From the NCBI GenBank assembly GCA_048885865.1, contig JBHLLF010000001.1, forward strand, positions 128,001 through 192,000: a DNA stretch of 64,000 nucleotides. The letters run 5' to 3'. The stretch's first letter is position 1. Each line of letters begins with the position of its first letter. Source of the stretch: Candidatus Hermodarchaeota archaeon. Lineage in GTDB: Archaea > Asgardarchaeota > Thorarchaeia > Thorarchaeales > Thorarchaeaceae. The notes beneath the pieces were generated by a model that worked only from the letters and a program-made list of their open reading frames with translations, was not told the origin of the DNA and ran no database searches. A program made the translations under genes and the position numbers. This document shows positions 58,492 through 64,000 of the stretch, piece after piece.

Positions 58492-58547
58492 GTGGAATAC
58501 TGAAAGCGCGCGGGAAACCGGGCGGTGACAGCCACGAGGTGAGATGA

Positions 58548-58652
58548 ATGACAGACAGGATAAATCGCAATCAGTCAAAGAGGATTGGCAGGCGAATTGG
58601 AAGGCGCTTCACGCATGAGTCGATTTACTACGACTACTTTGCGGAGGCATAG
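58548..58652 (+). CDS. Small basic peptide B (34 aa, MTDRINRNQSKRIGRRIGRRFTHESIYYDYFAEA)
   Basis: GAGGTGA SD; shares NR..RI.RRI..R...ESIY.DY with peptide A. Confidence 0.7.
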   Translation: MTDRINRNQSKRIGRRIGRRFTHESIYYDYFAEA

Positions 58653-58712
58653 ATGATGGCCTCTTTCGTGCGGATGATCATGTCTGGACAAGCAAAAAGG
58701 AAGTAGGTCATT

Positions 58713-58811
58713 ATGGCAATAGAAAAGAATGAGAACAGGAAGAAGGCAATTGGAAAGCAGATCCAGAGTACCAGAGCCATCGCATGGGCTTACCAGTATA
58801 AGAGTGGGTAG
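58713..58811 (+). CDS. Small basic peptide C (32 aa, MAIEKNENRKKAIGKQIQSTRAIAWAYQYKSG)
   Basis: AGGAAGTAGGT upstream; followed by hairpin and T-rich tract; loose similarity to A/B. Confidence 0.45.
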   Translation: MAIEKNENRKKAIGKQIQSTRAIAWAYQYKSG

Positions 58812-58818
58812 TTGAGAT

Positions 58819-58843
58819 GGCTCTTTTGGAGCTCTTTCTTCTT
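58819..58843 (+). terminator. Putative terminator of the small-peptide locus
   Basis: GCTC-TTTTG-GAGC hairpin followed by TCTTTCTTCTT. Confidence 0.4.
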
Positions 58844-58921
58844 AGCGCTTCTAGTGAGCCCGTGCTTGTGTTCTTTGGGGCATGAGCACTCTCACACCTT
58901 TACTGTTTTTAGAAACTCGAC

Positions 58922-59359
58922 TCATTTTGTGTATCGTTTCTTGAGATCCTTGAACCACTCAGGGACCAATGCATCATCAACTCTGTCGGACGATGGGAGA
59001 TAGGGTTTGATATCCACAATAGGAGTTTCGTCCTTGGCATCTATCTGGTCTATCTCTATGGCTTTTTGCTCTTCATGCAGACCAAGAAGTTTCACGATGG
59101 AAAGGCAAAGGAGGTTTGGCCTTGCAGGAGAGCGGCTAGCAAAGACACCTGATAGCTCTGCTCCTTCAGCAGGGGGAACATCCTGCAGATGCGTTCTATA
59201 CTCAGGCATGTCAAAGCCAGCCGCCCACCATATCACGTGAATGTGCGAGAACTTGTCTACATTCAATGTACCATCCCAGAACTTAGAGCCAATCTGCAGG
59301 AATATCCTCCCATCGTCGTGCTTCTTCACAAATCCTATTGGCTCAATCTTGAACTCCAT
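58922..59359 (-). CDS. TrmO/TsaA-like SAM-binding protein (tRNA methyltransferase family)
   Basis: EPIGFV, FSHI.V.WW, GVFASRSPARPN, TPIVDIKPY. Confidence 0.88.
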   Translation of the reverse strand: MEFKIEPIGFVKKHDDGRIFLQIGSKFWDGTLNVDKFSHIHVIWWAAGFDMPEYRTHLQDVPPAEGAELSGVFASRSPARPNLLCLSIVKLLGLHEEQKAIEIDQIDAKDETPIVDIKPYLPSSDRVDDALVPEWFKDLKKRYTK

Positions 59360-59368
59360 TTTTTCACC

Positions 59369-60673
59369 TCATTTTGCTACCACTGCTCGAATCGCGGAAA
59401 GCGTCTTCTCAATGTCATCCTTTGTATGAGAGAAGGACATCGCTCCAAGCCCATGATAACCATAGACTCCCTCTTGCATCAAGAGGCTTTGGAACTTATC
59501 GAGCGCATCGTGGTCCAGTTGATTGCCAATATCCGTGCCCGTGCGTGGAGGTTTCTCCATCCTATTATAAAGCGCGTGTATATAGATTAGAGACCCATGA
59601 CCCGTGGATACTGCCTTGTATTTGTGTTCGTCAAAGACCTTGTTTATTTCATTTCTGAAATCCGTGCATCTCTTGCTCAGAGCTGGATACTCATCTTTCT
59701 TCTTTTTGAGCTGGTCGAGTGTCGCACATCCTGCGGTCATTGCCAATGGATGACTTGAGAAAGTTCCTCCACCAACCCATCGACCACCCTCTGCCCCAGG
59801 AGTAGCAAGGCTCATTACATCCTCGCGTCCGCCATAGACACCCAGATGCATTCCGCCGCCAATGATCTTCCCCATTGTCATGACATCTGGAATGACACCA
59901 AATTCTTTCTCCCCTGCGGATCCATATGAGAATCTGAAGCCGGTGATGATTTCGTCGAGGATTAGTAGGATTCCCCGACTCTCAGTTTCTTCACGAAGGT
60001 ATGGCAGGAAGTCAGCATCAGGAGGAACTGCACCGCCCGCTCCGAGGACGGGCTCGATTATCACAGCAGCAAGCTCAGTCCCATGTTCTTTCATAAGAAT
60101 GTCAAAGCTGTCTTTGTCGTTGAAGTTGAATGAAACGCCATTGAAGTATGCATCATCGGTGTATGGTGCTTTGAGGTGATATGCCAAAGCATCGTTGCCG
60201 CCATGCCAGCCACCAAGGGTCTTTGCTACAAGCTTCCTCTTAGTGAAGAGCCGCGCTAGTCGAGTGGCATACATCGTTGCTTCTGCACCTGTTGAACAGA
60301 ATCGCATCTTCTCAAGGAAAGTGACCGCCTCCTTGAGCTTCTCCGCTAGCAGAACCATCTGCTCGTTGAGACCACCAAAATGTATCCCTTGGTCAATCTG
60401 TGCTGCAAGAGCCTCTCGCACAGCTGGATTATTGTGACCAAGGATTTGAGAGTAATGTGTCATCCACCAGTCAATGTACTCATTGCCATCAATGTCCCAC
60501 ACATGTGAGCCGTTTCCTCGTTTGATATAAGGTGGATAAGCTCCACAGCTGTCAAGCCCGAAAGTTCTGATGTTATGGTTGATTCCGCCACAGAAAAGAC
60601 CCACAGCTCTCTCCCAGAGATTCTTGGAGGATGGAGTCCTTTCTTTGTACTTCTCGATCGCCATGAGAGTCAC
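59369..60673 (-). CDS. Class III aminotransferase (glutamate-1-semialdehyde aminomutase-like)
   Basis: WDIDGNEYID, STGAEAT, LILDEIITGFR, MGKIIGGG, GGTF. Confidence 0.9.
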   Translation of the reverse strand: MTLMAIEKYKERTPSSKNLWERAVGLFCGGINHNIRTFGLDSCGAYPPYIKRGNGSHVWDIDGNEYIDWWMTHYSQILGHNNPAVREALAAQIDQGIHFGGLNEQMVLLAEKLKEAVTFLEKMRFCSTGAEATMYATRLARLFTKRKLVAKTLGGWHGGNDALAYHLKAPYTDDAYFNGVSFNFNDKDSFDILMKEHGTELAAVIIEPVLGAGGAVPPDADFLPYLREETESRGILLILDEIITGFRFSYGSAGEKEFGVIPDVMTMGKIIGGGMHLGVYGGREDVMSLATPGAEGGRWVGGGTFSSHPLAMTAGCATLDQLKKKKDEYPALSKRCTDFRNEINKVFDEHKYKAVSTGHGSLIYIHALYNRMEKPPRTGTDIGNQLDHDALDKFQSLLMQEGVYGYHGLGAMSFSHTKDDIEKTLSAIRAVVAK

Positions 60674-60736
60674 CTTGCTAAATGCGATTGATTCACTACC
60701 CAGCTGCGATTTATTCTTTGGGTAAACTAGTTTACC

Positions 60737-62374
60737 CTAGATGCTGTGACGAAGTACAACTCCAGGTAGCTCGTCTGTCTGTTTTCCATCGCTCACAACT
60801 AGTGTTCCATTTACAAAGACTTCATGAATGCCCTCGGGAAACTGATGGGAGTCTGTGAATGTTGCTCTATCAATCACGGTCTTTGGATCGAACACGACAA
60901 GGTCTGCAACCATGCCTGCTTGAATTTTCCCTCTGTCACTAAGTCCAAGCTGTTTTGCAGGGAATCCTGTCATCTTCCAGATTGCACTTTCAAGCGTCAA
61001 GAGACCCTCCTCTCTAGCATATTTCCCTAGAATTCGTGGGTAGGTACCATAGAAGCGTGGATGTGGTTTTCCATATCCCAAAACCCCTGTCGGGGATACC
61101 CCTTCTCCATCAGTTCCAACCATTGTATATGGAGACCTCATAATTCTGTGGATGTCTTCCTCTCCCATGCTCTCCATTGTCATTCCAACCTCACCTTTCT
61201 CATCTAGAAGGAGCTCGACAAGCATTTCAAAGGGATTGGAATATCCGCGCTGTACAGCGATGGCTTGAAGGCTATGTCCCTCAATACCTGCCCATTTCTC
61301 TGTCTTGGTGGATGAGATATAGATGCCCTCCCATCCAGCCTCCTTGATTATGTTCTCCCAGCCCTCAATCCCAGTCTCAACGTCATTTTCAATCTGTTTC
61401 CGAATATGTGTATCTTGCAGATTCTCAAGAATCGCGTCAATTCCTCCCTCATGGACCCAAGGTGGTAGTACAGTTATGAGCGACGTTGCTCCTCGATTGT
61501 AGGGATATTGATCACATGCGATCATAAGCCCCTTCTCATTGGCTTCCGCAATCATCCTCAATGTAATTTCACTGGCGCCCCAGAAGGGTTTGCCCGCAAC
61601 CTTGTGATGGGCAATCTGCCCCCCTCTGCATCCAGACTCCGCTACAATGCTAATCAGCTCCCTTACTGCCTGAATCAGAGTTGCCCCTTCTCCTCTGATG
61701 TGCGAGAAATAGAGTCCGCTGTATTGAGCTACTACCCTAGCCAGTTCCAGAATCTCTGATGTGTCTGCATAGACCTGAGGGGCATAGATGAGCCCCGTGC
61801 TTAACCCAAATGCTCCTGCATTCATTGCTTCTTTTACCAGTATCTTCATTCCTTCTACCTCGTCTGAGGTGGGACTACGATTCTCATATCCCGGCCCAGC
61901 CGCTATGCGTACAGCTCCAAATCCAACCAGCGGCACGATATTCATGGAAGCCTTGTTGTATTCCAAGGATTCGAGGTATTCTTTGAAGGTCCTCCACGTG
62001 ATGCTAACATCTTGGCCTGGGGGTGCAAAGAGCTCAATCTCCTTCTTCATTAAGTCGATTCTCTCTTCGATCACAGGAGCCAAGGAAAAACCACAATTGC
62101 CAATGACAGAAGTAGTAACGCCTTGTCTAATCATGGACTCGAGTCGATTATCAAATAGCAGCGCCATATCGTTATGACTATGCATGTCAATGAAACCCGG
62201 GGCGCAGGCAAGTCCCTCGCCTTCAATGATTATCTTTGAGTCAATCCTAATTTCTCCAATGTCGGCGATCAGCCCATCGCGGATACCAATATCTCCCTTG
62301 AATCCGGAGCTACCAGTTCCATCAAAGATGGTCACGCTCTTTACCAGAATATCATACTCATGGCCCATTACCAA
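60737..62374 (-). CDS. N-acyl-D-amino-acid deacylase
   Basis: PGFIDMHSHND, GVTT..GNCG, SHIRGE, CDQYPY, PHPRFYGTYPR. Confidence 0.93.
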   Translation of the reverse strand: MVMGHEYDILVKSVTIFDGTGSSGFKGDIGIRDGLIADIGEIRIDSKIIIEGEGLACAPGFIDMHSHNDMALLFDNRLESMIRQGVTTSVIGNCGFSLAPVIEERIDLMKKEIELFAPPGQDVSITWRTFKEYLESLEYNKASMNIVPLVGFGAVRIAAGPGYENRSPTSDEVEGMKILVKEAMNAGAFGLSTGLIYAPQVYADTSEILELARVVAQYSGLYFSHIRGEGATLIQAVRELISIVAESGCRGGQIAHHKVAGKPFWGASEITLRMIAEANEKGLMIACDQYPYNRGATSLITVLPPWVHEGGIDAILENLQDTHIRKQIENDVETGIEGWENIIKEAGWEGIYISSTKTEKWAGIEGHSLQAIAVQRGYSNPFEMLVELLLDEKGEVGMTMESMGEEDIHRIMRSPYTMVGTDGEGVSPTGVLGYGKPHPRFYGTYPRILGKYAREEGLLTLESAIWKMTGFPAKQLGLSDRGKIQAGMVADLVVFDPKTVIDRATFTDSHQFPEGIHEVFVNGTLVVSDGKQTDELPGVVLRHSI

Positions 62375-62538
62375 TCACTTCCGAGGTTGACTCTGTTATA
62401 TGTTCCAACTCGTTTTACTTCAATGACATAAACAGTTCGGCCTATTCTTCGTCACACATCCGAACATCTATAACAAAAAAGATGGGGGTTTCTTTAACCT
62501 CCATCTAGGAGGACAGCACGACAAGGCTGATTCTGGAA

Positions 62539-63936
62539 ATGGATGACCTTCAGGAAAATGTCGCAGCAGAGCCCGTAATACAAGAGAAGGCTGAGGAAGA
62601 CGATGTTTCAGCTTTATCTTGGTGGCAATCAGTCAAGAAGGTCTTAAGCAATCGAAATTGGGCTATCTATCTTGGGACAGTTTGGATCTACAGTAGTATG
62701 AATGTGCTGAACCAGTACTTCACTCTCTATTTCCGTGATATTGGTGTATCATACATCATGGTTGGCATCGTAATCTCACTTATGTTTGTAGTGAACATGA
62801 TTGGCACAACATTCTCTGGATATATAGCAGATAACTTCGACCGTCGGAAACTCTCAGGAATAACCTTGACGATCAATGGAATCGCATTCATCATGCTTTC
62901 TTTTGCAACAGAGATTATTGCAATAGTTATTGCAATCCTAATCTTTGGATTTTCTTCTTTCACTAGCACCGGTGGACAAGCTTATAGTATGGAACAGATT
63001 GACAGAAGACTGGGTGGAGTCGCAAATAGCCTGTTCACTTTAGGTACAACTTGGGGTCTGGTGCCGCTGTTCGTTGTAACAATCTTGTTGGACATTGGGA
63101 CTCCATTTGTCGCTGTAATGCAGATGCTGATGTTTGCGGCAGGGATTCTGTTTCTGATCTCTGCGCTCATTAGGTTCACCGTGTTGAAATCTCTTCCAAG
63201 ACCGGAACGGATCAAGAAGGAAGGCAATATTCTGCGGGACTTTCTTAGCGAAAATGTACGCGGCCTGAAGCTCCTGTTCAAGGTTTTTCCCGTATTCGTC
63301 CTTATAATCGGTTTAGATGCTTTTAGTGACTCCTTCTATAGGTTCGCGAGTTGGTATTTTGTCAATGAGACTCTCTCATTCTCAATAGGTGAGATCAATC
63401 TCATGATTTTGGTAACCCTTGCATTCTCAGTACCATTGACGCTATATCTCGGTCGTGTATTCGACCAGAGAGGAGGAAGGGAGCTTACAATTGCTGTCTA
63501 CGCTGTTATGCCCATAGCGGTTGGCCTTCTAGTGCTAGCTGTGCAAGTGCCCTATATAGCTCCTATTGAGTGGCTGGTTGCAGCTGACAATGTGTTTCCA
63601 GGTCTAAGCGTAGTCTTCTCACTAGCCTTCATTGCTACAGCTTTGAAGACTATCAATGATACCCTATGGTTCTCCATCCTTGGCACCTACATCCTGAAAT
63701 CACTACCTCGGCCAGATTTGGGGAAGATGCTGAGCTTGACTATGGTCGTTGTATTCCTATTCATCTCAGTCGGTCCAATTCCTGCTGGATTCATCTACGA
63801 TGCATTTCAGGGCCTCCCACTGCTTCTCTCAGTAATAGCTATCAATGTGTGTATTCTCATAGTGCTCATTACTAGGAGCATTGAGCCAAGAATTGATGTT
63901 GAAGAGCTAGAACGTGAGCCCAATCTGCAAGTCTAG
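62539..63936 (+). CDS. MFS transporter
   Basis: 12 TM pattern; GYIADNFDRRK motif A. Confidence 0.85.
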   Translation: MDDLQENVAAEPVIQEKAEEDDVSALSWWQSVKKVLSNRNWAIYLGTVWIYSSMNVLNQYFTLYFRDIGVSYIMVGIVISLMFVVNMIGTTFSGYIADNFDRRKLSGITLTINGIAFIMLSFATEIIAIVIAILIFGFSSFTSTGGQAYSMEQIDRRLGGVANSLFTLGTTWGLVPLFVVTILLDIGTPFVAVMQMLMFAAGILFLISALIRFTVLKSLPRPERIKKEGNILRDFLSENVRGLKLLFKVFPVFVLIIGLDAFSDSFYRFASWYFVNETLSFSIGEINLMILVTLAFSVPLTLYLGRVFDQRGGRELTIAVYAVMPIAVGLLVLAVQVPYIAPIEWLVAADNVFPGLSVVFSLAFIATALKTINDTLWFSILGTYILKSLPRPDLGKMLSLTMVVVFLFISVGPIPAGFIYDAFQGLPLLLSVIAINVCILIVLITRSIEPRIDVEELEREPNLQV

Positions 63937-64000
63937 CCTGTCCGGAAGGAATATGATGGAGGAATTGTTTACCTCTTCTTGTGATGAAGATGTCAGATAC

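Larger units (their letters stand above)
58189..58691 (+). repeat. Tandem duplication, 266-bp period (promoter, operator, leader, small ORF)
   Basis: CACAATA at 58189/58455; GTAATACTATTAC at 58213/58479; ACTGAAA; CGAGGTGAGATG; homologous ORFs. Confidence 0.9.

Noticed and set aside
58316-58528. 70-aa ORF from the ORF track
   Set aside because: Out of frame with the SD-supported peptide A and runs through the second promoter
58189-58691. CRISPR array or mini-array
   Set aside because: Only two units with a 266-bp period, homologous along their length; no unique spacers and no cas genes
1-64000. Mobile elements, prophage, defence systems, rRNA/tRNA
   Set aside because: No transposase, integrase, reverse transcriptase, capsid or cas motifs and no cloverleaf recognised by eye; tRNAscan-SE and Infernal were not run

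Overview
Gene-dense archaeal chromosome segment, most likely from an Asgard archaeon (Thorarchaeota-like). This is inferred from a single-domain gelsolin, EMC3/TMCO1, LRR/HEAT/TPR proteins, geranylgeranyl reductase, CofE, TATA promoters and GGAGG/GAGGTGA ribosome-binding sites. About 60 CDSs cover metabolism (amidohydrolases, adenine deaminase, PLP enzymes, CofE, EutA), transport (MFS, ABC, P1B ATPase, MscS), DNA repair (DinB, SfsA, SSB), signalling (two receivers, a PAS kinase) and a MoxR/VWA pair. No rRNA, tRNA, CRISPR array or transposase was recognised. The most striking element is absent from the ORF track: a tandemly duplicated 266-bp cassette at ~58190-58700. Each copy has a TATA box, a perfect GTAATACTATTAC palindrome, a structurally conserved leader hairpin, a strong SD and a small Arg/Lys-rich peptide ORF, and a third small basic ORF follows. 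Other notable items: a structured candidate ncRNA at 4076-4227, a histidine kinase fused to a CxxC thioredoxin domain, a fused/split unknown domain paired with HEAT repeats, two membrane proteins sharing a Zn-ribbon/B-box module, and an NfeD-like protein with a long His/Asp repeat beside flotillin. All calls are by-eye motif recognition; no searches were run.
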